From NCBI GenBank assembly GCA_030141605.1, contig JAQGDQ010000276.1:62001-126000 (forward strand): a DNA stretch of 64,000 bases. The letters are read 5' to 3'. Of this stretch, positions 31,701 to 45,700 are shown one piece after another. The position numbers were made by a program, and so were the translations under genes. Below the pieces are notes generated by a model. The model made no database searches and was not told where the DNA came from. It was given only the letters and a program-made list of their open reading frames with translations. Origin of the DNA: Tubiluchus corallicola (taxonomy: Eukaryota > Animalia > Priapulida). Within the stretch, counting starts at the first letter, position 1. The number at the start of each line of letters is the position of its first letter.

Positions 31701-34700
31701 CGAAATTGTGTTTGTGTGGTAATATTTCTTTCACTAAGTCATTTTTGAAAAAATAGTATGTTTCTCTTCAATATTTTAAAAAATGGATTGTTTTGACGTA
31801 CAGTTCAAGATTGGATCACATTTTGCTTTAATGCTTTGTACGTATCCTATGATTTTGCTTTTTCCCAAGTAAGCAGATCTAATGAAAAATAAATAAGTAA
31901 ACAGATAAAACCTGATGAATACTGATGGCGAGCAAAAACTAAAAACTAAACATATATATCATTCAACACCATATTCTATTGTCGATATTGTAATTAAATT
32001 AGGTTTCTTAACTTCATATTATTTGACAATTTAAATTATTTTGTAAAACTTAAAGCTTTACTACTTATACCAAATCTTATACTTATATCTTATACCAAAA
32101 ATTACCTAGTGGACAAATTTACTGAATTGTAACTATATAATAAAATACGACTTTTATTTAATTTAAATATAAAGCTATGCACTTAGAAATATGTTTATAC
32201 TAGATGCAGGCACCGTTTTTCGCGTATGTCTATGCAGCTTGTCTACTTTTTAAGGTTTCGTTAGGTCTATTTTAAAAATTTGTACACTGCAAATTTGTAG
32301 GCCAGCAATTTGGCAATGCAAGACAAGGAGAAAGCAAAACTAATGAGAAATATGCTCTTTGGCATTCGTAATGTGAATTTTAACGACAGATGTATCAAAG
32401 CTGCTCGAGTACACCTTTTCTGGTAGATAATAAAACGTACGTGTTTGATAAGTGTTGCATTCTTCTCGATATAAATAAAGTACATAGAAATCACACAATA
32501 ACTTTCACTACTGTCTTCAGGTAAACATAATTTACATTCCGTGTAACAGTATAACAGCACTTACACCAAATTTCTTTAGAACCCTAATTGTGCACGCGCA
32601 GGAACTCAAACGCCTCTGAATTTCGTCCGGCTTTATTATTAACATTGCCCATATAATACAGTTTAAGTATTTCCACTTGATAATGGATTGTTCTACAGAG
32701 ACAATAATAATTCGAAGCATTTGCTTGTCCTATTGGAGAGTGGTTCTTACAGTGAGAGTTTGTAGATAATAGGACAGTATGCTACAAACACGCACCAATT
32801 TTGTTTGCATATTAATTTTCGTCTTGCGGCCTTGGTCTGATTCACCACTTTTATTCCAAGTATTTAATTGTCACTTACTCTATATCTAAGCGGCTATAGA
32901 GTGCTATTTAACAACAACTGTTTTACTTTTCTTATTCACTGGTGAATTCAAACATTAAAAAATACACGCAGAGCTCGTTTAAAGATGATTTTATAAACAA
33001 TATAATTTCGTACACTTTGCGCGCCATTTTTCACACTCCATAAAAGGCACCTGAACAAAACAAAAAATCCTTATAATAGCATTCAAAATCAGCAAACCGA
33101 TGGAGTCTAAACTTCGTGACGGCCAGACATTGTGCAGTAGGCGGCTAAACTGTCTCCTCGTTAAATAAGCGATCGTCTATGATAATGTTTGCTTTTTTAG
33201 CAGTTAAACACTTAAAGTGCTTACATTGTTTGGCATAGGCTACACACGCAGCTCTATAGAATAACTTAACTATTTTTCTAACACAGATTTTGTGTAGTGT
33301 GATTCTGTTCCTTGTGTGCGTATTTGTTATTGCACTCTACACTAAACCGCAATACATGTGATTTGTTCGCACTTACAGGACAAGTGTACATATATATACA
33401 TAATCTGGCAAAGTACCAGATAGTCTATGACATACCAGGTATGCTAACAATAAAGTTGCATCGAAGCAGTATTCCAACTAAAACGATAGGACATTAAATT
33501 GCCAAAAAAAACTTTCGCTAAAAATAAAAAAGCAATGTTCACTTTCACATTCACTTTACAGTTTACATGAACATGGTACTATTCGCAATATTTTGCAATA
33601 TTTTGGAACGTAACACAGATCAGAATATAAGCAAACGATAGGGATAATTTTACGGACAGAAAACTCCTCCATAAACAAACAAAAGCAGGAAGTTTTAGTG
33701 AACCACTACTGACTGTCTTTAGGACTCAGCTATCACATGAAACTAGTCAACAGAGATGGAATGAAACGACTTGTTTTTTTCTTTTTATTATTATGATGGA
33801 TTTTGTGTCTATCGTTTCTCAAGTTTTGTCATGAAGAATTATTTCCAGTGATATATGCGTGGCTTGCAATGTAAGATGTAAGTAATATATGTATTTATAT
33901 AAAACAGTCATTAATGATTATGATTTATTGTGGGGAGATCGAAATCTAGATAGCAGCCAGTGATAATTCTTTAAATTAACACACTGAACCAGCAGAAGTT
34001 TTTAACGACATTCGGATGTGTATACCTTCTGCATCAATGTTATTACGGCATTTTTGTAACATGCAGTATTATACCACATTGTGGGCATTTCTATAAAAAA
34101 ACACCTTTGTTGTGTAACAGTTTGTCTGTCATTATAACATATTATTATAGCAGTTTGTAAGGTTACTTAATTTGGGGAACACTGAATCTTATAACAGGTT
34201 TGATGTGTACTGTACTTTGTTAAACCACTAATTACAATTTGAGTTATATTTTAATATATCTTCGTGCTTTCCCTTTTTTATTTTCCCCTTTTTGTTTTTT
34301 ATACTTAGCTGAAAGTATTCTTACATAAAATTTGGAGTGACGTCAAATAAAAAAATATTAAAAATACGAAATTCCGTAATCAGTTGTTGCAGTTAACAAC
34401 AATATTAATGTATTAATAAAAATAGATTTAACACAATGCGATATTTTCCAAATTAATAAAAGTTGTCATGGTAGCAGAAAAACTTTCTTTATTTGAGAGA
34501 AGTTTCCATCCATGTAGAGCATTATATCATTATAGTGTGGTATTTTCTACTGTCGATATTAGAATTCTGTAACACTATTACGTGTTTATTTTTAAGATAC
34601 TAATTGACATTTAGATTGAAAATGCTCTTACGTGAGCGAAATGTCTGTTAAATAAATAGTTTTTTTTAATTAAGAGTTATTCGGATACACTACAAACATG

Positions 34701-34890
34701 CATATTTCTACTAGTTATAACAGATTTAGTAGCAACAAATGCAGGCGTGAATGCCTACTGTGTATACTAAAGCCAAGTGTACATGCCGCATTAAATAGCG
34801 CTTTCTATAAAACACATTGTGATTACCAACATAGATCTTCGCACCTGTGTACTCGAGTAGCGTGTGTGAGCGCTGATCTCTGCCTGTTTG

Positions 34891-34985
34891 TGGGCGTGAC
34901 GAAGCCACCGGATTGGCTGTTTGTATGCTAATTGACTGTTACTGCTTATACAAGTGCCGCCCGCTCAGCAGCAAACGTCAAATCC
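34891..34985 (+). promoter_or_regulatory. FoxD core/proximal promoter
   Basis: GGGCGTG GC-box (about 34892), inverted CCAAT (ATTGG 34912-34916), octamer-like ATGCTAAT (34925-34932), TATA-like TTATACAA (34946-34953), in a locally GC-rich patch about 180-230 nt before the ATG. Confidence 0.55.
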
Positions 34986-35125
34986 AACTGAAGACGGCAT
35001 TCGTCAACACGCCAAGATACTTGCAGTGCAGTAATATCAAATACTCTTCCAAAAGAACATTTACTGTAGCAAGATTTAGTTCATTTTATGCTGTTTCGTT
35101 AACTTGCAAAGAACTACATATTTAG

Positions 35126-36508
35126 ATGCATCTGCAAAACATGAACAACGGGTTTAAACACCTCATGACAGCAGCTGTACCGCCAGGCGTTGATGAAGCC
35201 AACTACCCAACAGGACAGGAAAGAAGCTCTCCGACAAATTGTCAAATGGGTCATCAAGAAGTGAGAATAGAAAGCCCCCTCAATGTGGTAGACGATGCTT
35301 CAAGGGCATCAGATGGAGATGACCTGACCAACGAAGAAAAAGAGGTATTGTTGAGAATGAGCCAAATGAGAGAAGATGTTCGCGAACCCAGAGAGAACAT
35401 TGCCATGAATGAACAGCAATGTGATAATGTGAAGAATGAAACAGAATGCGACAGCGGTAAGGAAAACTGTGAGACACAAAGCAACACATCAAAAAGTAAT
35501 CTAGTAAAACCACCATATTCGTACATAGCCTTGATTACTATGTCCATTCTTCAGTCACCACATAAGAAGTTGACGCTGTCTGGTATCTGTGAGTTCATCA
35601 TGAATCGCTTTCCCTTCTACAGAGAGAAATTTCCCGCGTGGCAGAACAGTATCAGACATAATCTGTCTCTAAACGACTGTTTTGTGAAGATACCACGAGA
35701 GCCAGGTAATCCAGGTAAGGGCAACTACTGGACTCTCGACCCAGCCAGCGAAGACATGTTTGACAATGGTAGTTTCCTTCGAAGACGCAAAAGGTACAAG
35801 CGAGTCCAAAATGACCTTCTGAAACAGCAAAGTGCGTTCATGGCAACAGGACCTTATGGGCACCATTTCTTTCATCAAGGTCATCCTCATGGCGCTGTTC
35901 CTTATCCGTACGTTTCGCCCATCCCTCCCCCGGTGCCTCTTATCCCTAGGAGTGAATTGGAGAAAACATCTTTGGCATTATCCATGAACACGTGCTTCTC
36001 CATGCCAAACGCTGCGACGAAGTACACGTCACTGACTCCGCCGACGACACGACACGGTGGAACAGCATTCAGCATAGACAACATCATCGGTAACAAAAAC
36101 ATTGACACAAAACACGCTCCAGCACCGTCGCTGTCGCCGGGACAAGTGCATCCGCTCATCAATAGCTGTGCTAATGTATTCGCATCTCCCCTACAATTTG
36201 CCAGAATAACACCAGCAGATTTAGAAAAATATCGTCTACTAATGACGTCGGGAAATCCAGTAGGACTCAGTACCACCGACGTGGAAAAATTCAGACAATT
36301 GTTTAAGCCGAATCCAGCAAGAGAACTGGAAAAATATCAGCAGATTCTAGCGGCAAACTCCACAGCTTTGACTGCGGCTGATCTAGAGAGCTATCGGCAT
36401 TCCTTAGCAAGACAAAATACTAGCTTGGTAAGTGAACAGGACAGACATCATAGGCAAATACACATGCATTCACATATCACTGACAAAAGTATTTCTTGGC
36501 AGCGGTAG
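35126..36508 (+). CDS. FoxD: Forkhead box class D transcription factor, single exon, 460 aa
   Basis: Forkhead domain [31 protein letters not shown]...[55 protein letters not shown] (about 35507-35803) is diagnostic of FoxD; eh1 Groucho-binding motif FSIDNII at 36068-36088; acidic N-terminus. Confidence 0.97.
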   Translation: MHLQNMNNGFKHLMTAAVPPGVDEANYPTGQERSSPTNCQMGHQEVRIESPLNVVDDASRASDGDDLTNEEKEVLLRMSQMREDVREPRENIAMNEQQCDNVKNETECDSGKENCETQSNTSKSNLVKPPYSYIALITMSILQSPHKKLTLSGICEFIMNRFPFYREKFPAWQNSIRHNLSLNDCFVKIPREPGNPGKGNYWTLDPASEDMFDNGSFLRRRKRYKRVQNDLLKQQSAFMATGPYGHHFFHQGHPHGAVPYPYVSPIPPPVPLIPRSELEKTSLALSMNTCFSMPNAATKYTSLTPPTTRHGGTAFSIDNIIGNKNIDTKHAPAPSLSPGQVHPLINSCANVFASPLQFARITPADLEKYRLLMTSGNPVGLSTTDVEKFRQLFKPNPARELEKYQQILAANSTALTAADLESYRHSLARQNTSLVSEQDRHHRQIHMHSHITDKSISWQR

Positions 36509-36649
36509 TATATGCAGTAATGTTACACTGTGTCACTTCAATCTCAGGTCTTGTATTCACAGTTTCTTGTGAAAACCGTGTATTTTACTATGTTAGTGTC
36601 GCAAAAAGAATGCCTATCCAAGTCACACTTTTCATGTTTTTGAAACACA

Positions 36650-36755
36650 GAAATAAACCTAATAAAGAAAAGAAATCGTGTACCAACCTTTAAACGTGGA
36701 TTAAAATCCATAAAGCCATTTGCTCGTTACCAGTATATTTTATAATGAATAAAGA
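36650..36755 (+). terminator. Candidate FoxD polyadenylation signals
   Basis: Three AATAAA hexamers (about 36652, 36661, 36748); a further one near 37277 follows a long AU-rich stretch. Confidence 0.35.
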
Positions 36756-39700
36756 ATGTCATGAATAATTTTAAAGTGATGTCTTGAGCTTATATAGTAC
36801 ATTTTTATAATTTATCTGTATGGCTGGTTTTAGTAGGTGGGCCGTCTGTTTGTAGACATCGCTTGGGTATAAAAATTTCTATTGTCGTAACATTGTGCGG
36901 CTATACCTTATTTCAATATTAAAAATTGTCTGTCACCAATTCTGGTATAATACCTTTTACAGGCTGTAATTTGGATCTTTTATTGACTGTAAAGAAAATG
37001 TCAAATTACTATGCATGAAACGGACTCACGTAATTCAAAAATGTTGTTATGTTATTCGTGTAATAATTATTGTAGTGTATAAATAGTGTACAAAAACTTA
37101 GAATAGCGTTTGTTAAGTTGTTTTAATTTATATATAAATATGTATAAATAACATTTAAATATAATTGTCGTACTGTATATGTGTGCATCTACGAATATAT
37201 TATTTTATAATTATTATTTGTCGAATTTAATAACGAGTCAGCTGTCGATAAACGTTATTGACAAATATAAATGTTTCTCTTTTTTAAATAAATTTCTTTT
37301 TCAGAACTTTATATCAAAAAATGTGTGTAACTGACACAACACACACACGACAAACTTTAGATTTTTTAAATAAATCCAAAAGTAAACTTTTGCAAATCCA
37401 AATTTGAAATAAACACTTGATTTGAAAATTTTAAACATACAAAGGTTAATTATACGTACATTTTTATAAAGAAAAAATAATAAAAATTTATAGCTTTTCC
37501 ATTTTGGCTTTGTCAGGTTCTGTGCAGAGTGCAATATGCTTGTAATAATGAACATGTTCTTAAAAGCGTCTTAAGTTTCAGACTGAGTGATACAGCAATA
37601 CCTGAAACTTATACTGCTTCTTTTATCATTCACTTGTAGCAATGCTATGATGACAAGAGACAATTCTCCACAGCGTCCTAATCTGTATTAATAATCTAAG
37701 AGAATTTCATGGGCTTCATAAGCCTTATAGAATCACAAGCTAATTCTCCACTACAAATGCTGATACAGTGTACTACTACATGTATAAAAAAACTTGTTAA
37801 TTTCTTGACAATCTAATGAATAATGCATGCTTTCAAAGCAATATTCTCTTTTCACATAATATAGAAAATTGCACATTATAAGCGTTATGTATTACAACTT
37901 ATCCATTTTCTGTTGATAACCAACACAAGTGTTTGTTGCAGTTTACTTGCAAGTGTCACAAACAAAATAATTTATTCCTAGTGAATAAATTACCTTAAAC
38001 GCAATATGCACTTTAAATCTGCACTTATCGAAATTATAATATTTATTTATCATGTGAGAGTACGGCATGCGCTTCAAGGTATAAATTTTGCAAGATTAAC
38101 AAAACAAATTTAGATTGAGATGGTTTCTATTCCATCCACAAGTCTGTAGTCTAGATTGCCGTTCCACAACAAGGCACCCTTCCAAACAAAGTATTTTATC
38201 AGAAACCTTATAATAGGTCATACATAGTGGCAATTAGTTAATAACAGGCATGAAGTAATGACAGCAATAACAACGACTGCATGCGTCAAAAACCATGCAG
38301 ACGATGACCACTATGAAAAGGACAATAACACTCAAAAACAACTAGTGATGACAATGGCCGTAAAAAAGGTGGCCATGGTAATGATAAATCGACGATGATG
38401 ATGACAGTAACTGTGAACAATAATAAACGGTAAAGAATAAAAAGGAAACATCGTGACTATGTGACGTATTAAACGAATCTACCAACTGCTGAAGACTATG
38501 ATGTTATAATTGTATCGTATTTAATGCATTGCTATAAATTTAACGTGGGTTTAATTATATTTAAATGAAAATTACATATAATAATTAAGCAGTACACGGT
38601 TTCAATAGCTACACAATAACCGATACTTCAGTACTTCGTTATAGTCAAAATTATTTTAAAATAATATTATATTTTCCGATATATATGTAATAAACATTTG
38701 TTTCAGGAAGTAAGGGATTCTTATTTTAAAAAATTACGACATTTTAAAATATCATGTCGCTAACTGGTTGGGTCTTACAAAAAGTCACTCAAATAGCTCG
38801 ACTATTTCGTCAATTTTTTCTTCATGATTAATTTGATGCGAGTCTGCTCTAAAAGAGACGTATTTTGTGCAGATTCAATACGGCATTGATAGTGTAAAGC
38901 GATATAAAAATTATGCTTGTTAATCGTTAAAACCTTAAAATAACGTATAAAAGCTATGGTACGTATCACAGTAAATTCTGGAGCAACGCTTATAAATATG
39001 AATATTTTGTAAAAACCGAGAAAGTTCTGATTGCAGCCTTCGAGTTATATGGTCATTAGTATTACCTGTAATACAGTATTATCTGTAATCATAATAACAG
39101 CCATTGGATAAATGGCTATTGCTACTATAATATATATTAAAGAGAAATAAAGTAACAGGGCTTCATATAAGAAATTATTGTCAGGACGATGTGCCAAATA
39201 AAGAAAGATTATTAGCTGTTCATTTAAAAAGTATTTGAATATGTGTCTTTAAATTTTCAAGACCCAGCCGTTTCGCCTTTAGAATATCTCAAGAGTTTGA
39301 ATAAACAGCAAATTTAATCAGTTTTCGCAAAACTAAGAACTAACATTAACAATTAAAACCGGTTGCTTAACTAGCCAATGCTATTTTATGCTACACGCGG
39401 GGTTTAAACCTATATAAGGAAAAAGCTATTGGAGTTTGCCTTTTTTCGAAAAAAATTTTTATTTTTAGTTCAATTACTATTGGAGGAAGTAAATAAATAA
39501 TAATTTATTTTAAGATGGTATTTAAACAACGTCCATAAAACAAAATAAATCTTTTCAGACATCAATTGGGGATGATTATACTATTCTAATAATTAGTTAT
39601 GATTACTAATTACTTTAGTTGAAGTAGCAAAAATCCACGATCCTACATTATTAACATCACATCAAGCACACGCCGCCTAGTAGGAAGATGGGGAACTAAC

Positions 39701-42700
39701 ACTTATCCTGCGCCTCCGGAAGCTTGATGGTATCTGAATCCAATAAAGCTGTAACTGCTGTAACGCAGTGTATGCGCAGAAGAGCACATCACCTCTATGC
39801 ATAAATTGGCAGGACTGAGCTTATTTTCAGGCCCATTGTAAGATTTGGATTTACACGCGCCACAGAGTAATGGATATTGTTGTAGTTTAGCGCATTGTTT
39901 GGCAGACTCATTAGAGTTTAAGTCATGCACTTGAGAAGCTAGCCATGATACAATATCCCTAACACCTGCCGCACTTGGTGAGCAGTATAAGCGAACACAG
40001 TCTATTCATGTCAATTAAACCATCTTGAGATACATAGCGGGATAATGTAGTTGGCAATAATCGTAATAATCATGCGCACAGCTGGCTATGTCATAAAAAA
40101 CTGCGCATATTATATATTTTTTGCATTCACACTGCATTCATACGGGCAAAAAGTTAAAAAAGCTCCATAACAAATCTTTTGAAAAGGTTTAGAGTAATAT
40201 ACTATACTAATGCCGCAATATTGTTGATACATCGTTGATAATTGTTTTAGTTTTGTTCCTTGTAGACAAGTTATGTGGTCATAATTATAAATTGTATACA
40301 AAACATACTATATTCTTAACGTATGTTAATTTGTCTTTAGCAATAGAGTTGTAAGTGTTTGGTATTAGTTTGATTTTAACACTGTTAATCCCCCCCCCCC
40401 CCCACACACACATTTTCTGTGCCAGATTATCAGCCTTTAACCTTTTACAATTCTGTTAAATTTAATGGTTTTATGTAATTTGCCTGGTTAACACAGTGAC
40501 GGTATCAACGGCAGCTCTCGTCCAAAGCTTGTAAGATTTTCGTCTCGCATTTTATTTTCTTTTAAGTGTATAGTACTAATACTATTTATTTCGAAACAGA
40601 AGTACAATTTTTTTCAAATCATATCAAACCATGTATATATTTTAGTCACTAACCATTTTTCAATTCAATTTCTTAATTACTAATACATGTAGTTCGTTTA
40701 CGAGAATGATTGTCTATTTTAATTTATACACTAAGTAATCGTATATATGTGCTTTTAACCTGCTGATTTTAATCTTTAGATTTTGTAATGTTTTAATAAA
40801 TAATTAAAAATAAATGAAAACAATACAGGATCATAATTTTTATCTTTTTATAACTTTTCTAACAATTACATTTATTCTGTTTAGAACGTGCGGGCTTGGT
40901 ATACATAGCAAGAGAAAGTCGCTACAAGCATAAACTATGTACTCTATTTGATCCCTAATTAGGAGAGCACAAACTACAGGACAGGAAAAAGAATCTTAAG
41001 CAAAACGTGATTTGAACTTTTTTATTTGCCTGTCTGTAGAAGGTCTATCTATAGAAAGTGGCAACCATTGATTTTCTCACAATTGTGACACACGTTTTAG
41101 TAGCAAAGTTTTTCGACACTAAGGATATATACTGCGGTTACGCTGTAAATATAGATATATTGGCTTTGAAGAACCACTTAAACAAACAAAGAAGAAAGAA
41201 TACAGAACAGTACAAAAGATAACGTCTTTGTTAATATTAGCTAGCTATCAGTAACGTTCCAACAAGAGCCCGCAGAAATTCTGAAAATTGTACCTAATGC
41301 ACTTATTAGAAAAATGATTTTAGTGGCATTCTTAAGAAAATAATGACTAGTATGTCATCGAATACGCTACCTTTTATAGAACATTCGATAATGTTGCTGA
41401 AAAAGTTTTGTTTAACATAAGCTACAATTTAATAATTACACGTTGTTAGCTTTGAAAAAACAAACAAATGATTGGTCAGTTTAGAGACAACCACGATGGA
41501 CTTTCAATCGCCGTAACAGCGCTTCTGGATCCTTGCAGCTTTTATCGAGCTTTATGTATACTCCGCAATAGTTGGTTAGAAGCTATTTGCATTAGTTGGG
41601 GCTTGAGTAATCAAGGAGTACAAATTTTGGAGAGAAAGGCAAATTCTCCCGACAATTCTCCTAAACTTAAGCAGGATAATCAAATTGTTATGCGATCTAA
41701 CTATACTAATATTAAACCAAAATTATGAATGGAATTATCAGAGTTATACAAGGATTATTTTGCTTTGGAGTACTGAACAGCTTACGTTTAACATGTATAG
41801 TCTGGGATGAACGTCACGTTTTCTAATACTGACAATTTGTATTGTGCATTTCAAAATTTCTGTTAATTCTAGTGCAGGTTTCAACAAATAATATACACAA
41901 GATGTAGCAAAAATGTTTTACTTTTTTACCATTCGTGAACATAATTTTATAGCGGCAATGTTCATTTTGGCACATGCAAGAATTTTGCACACAATTTGAA
42001 ACACTATAACCAATAGTATGTTAAGAATAATCTCATTATGCTCAATATAAGTTGCTTTTTAGTTGAAATTGTCATAAAATCTGTAAAAAAGCATTTAACT
42101 AGGTGAGAATAAACAGTTAAGAAACATGAAACAGTAATATGTTAAGAAGAAAAATGTTGTTTGTGGTGTGTTCCCAAAAAATAAGAAGTGTTTATAATAT
42201 AAACAAAAAAATAGAAAAAAGTCCATGTTTAATTTAGAGCTTAATCTAGTGGTGATATAAAGAAATTTCTGATAAATCTGGTAACATAATGTTTTATTGT
42301 TCCGTCACACCTGTTCATAGACTTAAGCTATAAACTAAAATTTTGCTTCTTAATTTCAAAATTAAAACACAAATTAGTATAACGTCCTAGATGAAAATTG
42401 TTGATTTAAAACTGTTTTCAAGAATCACTAGTTGCAAACCCAGTAGTTTATTGAATTCCGGCGATGAGAGCTAATTTAACGGCTGATGTTGGGCTGTGTA
42501 CCTAATAAGCCGTATAGATATCAGCTGGAAAAACACAAAAACACGGCAATGAAGGTGTTTTCGTTTGGACACCGTATAGGTACGCAAAGAAGCCGGCGAG
42601 AGTCGCCCCATCACGGGGCGCTGTTTTTTTTACCGAAAGCTAGGAAAACAGACGTGAAATCTGTCTGAAGGAGAACACCAAAAGTCGCGATGGGACTTGG

Positions 42701-45700
42701 TTCGAGCAGCAACCAGCACAAACAAACCAGAGCAAACTCGGCGGGGGAAGCACGGTAGAATAAATCATTTGCTTATCATAACATCATTCAATTTCACAAG
42801 AAAATATGCAGTTTATTTGAACAGAGTTGGGTAACAGCGCATCTCCGCAAGTTGTTTTGCAAGGAGTTGGTACTTTGTTTATGTTCAATTCAAATAGTCG
42901 GTGTACATAGAGATTCTTCAGCTGCGGCGTGAAACGTTTTAAATAGGAATTAAACTCTTCAACAGATTAAAAACGCCAGTTTTATAAACAAGCTAAAAGT
43001 CAAAATTAAAAGCATGATGTTCAAACACAAATTAGTATCAAACTAACCAGAAGACTAAGAATGTAAATTATGTAATTATGTAATTATAATAGTGGAGTAA
43101 TTTACTAGCCATTTTCTAAAAATTAATTCTATTTTACCCTTTTACCCTTTATGACTCTTTTACAGGATAGCTTAGTCATTAAGTGAATATGAGAGAAACT
43201 ATAAGTACTTAACTTCGTAATCTAGCATACCGATACTGGGCCCTGGATTACACAGTACACACACCATACAGTTTACATGCAAATGGATAAACTTGGTGGC
43301 GCATAAATATTTTACAACATGAGTACATGAGAACTTGGAAACTTAAAAACTGTCAGACACAAGTCATAATAACCGGATAGCAAAGCGGCTGGTAAGGTTG
43401 ACAGCATACTTAAAAATCGTCATCAAGCGCTTCTCAATATCATTCTCACGGGCTTCAAATACGACATGTAAAGCGAACGATGTAGCTCTACGATTAGTAC
43501 GCATCCCTAGAAGCCACATCTTTAAGACGTCCTAAACTTTGCGTCTACGATGAGATACGATCGTTTTCCATGTCGATCCAAATTGAGTCTTATTGGACGC
43601 ATCGACTCTCAGCGTCTCACCTTTTTCTCTGTTCCACTTTATTAGCCTTTTAGTCTTGAGAAGAGAATAAAAAATAAGTTGGTACTATCATGTAACCCAT
43701 TTACCGCCTGGTCCCATGACTCTAATGCTTACAGCTACAGGAGCAGTCTGGCGAACATGTTAATAAAAAGCTTATTAATCACAGGGTAAGGTATATTGAG
43801 AAAGTTTTATCATACATTTAGGACAGTGATTTTTCAAGGTATATAGTAATTTCTGCTTGCAAAAAGTCAGTTTCAATTATTTACAATTATTCCATATAAA
43901 AGGCAAAATGATCAGATGTCAATGGTCTGCACTGGCAAATAGCTGAGTACAAACACCTAATTACAAAATATCTTATATGGTTACTACGTGTCTCACTCGT
44001 GTCCACGTTACTTAACAAAGTCCGATGTGGTTATAATTTTAAGTGACTTCCAAATGTATCTTTGCTCGCATTCAAAACTTACTCAACGTGAAAACGATTT
44101 GATTCCCTTACAGTATGTAAAAAAAGTCGCTGACAAAAAATATGAGTAAAAACAAAATCTAAAAATTCGAAGCTCATGTTGAACTAAGGAAGCCACATGC
44201 CTGTTAAAGCTAATAATTGCGACCTTTGGTCTTCCAAACACGTATTGGCTTCACATTAGGCACGTATATCTTACGATCTAATAAATTGTAATGGATAAGG
44301 GTTCGGTATGGTTTTCATCCAGCACAGCCGATATAGGTGGTATAGACTGACTACTTGCCAGGCTGCACTAATTTGAAATGAAATCAGAAAACGGAACCTC
44401 AAGCATAATTAGTAAGATCGACGTGTGCGACCCGCTCAGAGTCTCAGCCTGGTTTAATTGTTCTATCAAAAAGACTAGTCCATCGGGAGCTTTTGATTAT
44501 TTTCCTAAATGTTCAGGTGTACCAAGATTTTCTGTTTATTAAAAATCTTTCTTGTGTCATTGATACGTGTCAACGTTTTTTTGACATGTAGCCAAGCAAG
44601 CAAATATGAAATAATGACAAAAGAAAGACAGAAGCACAGTAAACAAAGGAAGATTGGACGAACGAAAAAAGCGAAAAGACCAAAGCAAGGAAGTAAAAAA
44701 CAAATTACATGAGTTCAAAAGAAGGAAAAAAGTAACAGAAAAGGAGAGAACGTCTCTGTAAAAATACAGAATAAGAAAAAGAATGCGCTTTTTGCGACTT
44801 TTGTGGGTGGGTCTTTAGTCCTTACTACTCATGATATGTATACCATGACTGCAACTGCGGCTTTACTAAAAATGCAAAAAAATGTCGAAAACATAATTGC
44901 ACAGCCAAAGCTACTAATGCTTGCCAATATTTTCCTAAGATTACTGCGTTTTTGTTACGCCCAGCATATACTGTAACGTCACGTGCAAAATCGCTTTAGT
45001 TGTTTACAAAAGTTTATTGCAGTACAAGAAACAGCTCTAAATATTTATACAACAAGATGCTAGCCTCACAATCAGTTAGATAACATTTTCTTATCAAAGT
45101 GGAGCCCAAGAATAATAATTTTTCTTCTGTTTTTCACCAGGTTTAGCACTGACACTAAACCCGCGTCGCGTTGCTACCTGGTTTTACAACATCACCCGTA
45201 TTTAACCAAGCCACCATAAAGGCTGCAAAAAGAAATCTTATCTGCTTATTGTTTGACAAATCATATATTGCGTATATAGGTGATGAAATTAAAACGTGAA
45301 CACATGTAGATGAGGCTGAGAGATGGCCAAGCCGCCGTTTTATGACAGACGAAAGTTTGTTTACTTGGCTGCCTTGCAGGCGTTTTTCGGCAAGATCAGA
45401 AACGAGATGTTTGTTTATATGCTTGCCCTTCTCCTGGTTTCCCTGCAGACAATATTTAAACCTTCCCGTGTTGTACTCTTACTCAATGTGCCTGTGTGGT
45501 CCTCTTTAGATTTCGGGACCGAATATCTTCTCTCTCTAAATCGTGCTGTTTTGGTTCGAAAGCGACCAGACTTCAAAATCTTGGTTCACTGTTTACAAGC
45601 AGGCACTGTATCAATGTACCACTCCAGCTGAAAACAGATCAGGAAAAAACATTAAATGCCACATGCAGTGCAATCAGTTTACATAGGAACTCCTACAGTG

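Noticed and set aside
34913-35125. In-frame ORF whose TAG abuts the FoxD ATG (possible readthrough extension)
   Set aside because: Starts at TTG inside the promoter, and no in-frame ATG lies downstream of the presumed TSS; likely chance.
35254-36276. Several antisense ORFs within FoxD
   Set aside because: Shadows of the coding strand; no independent features.
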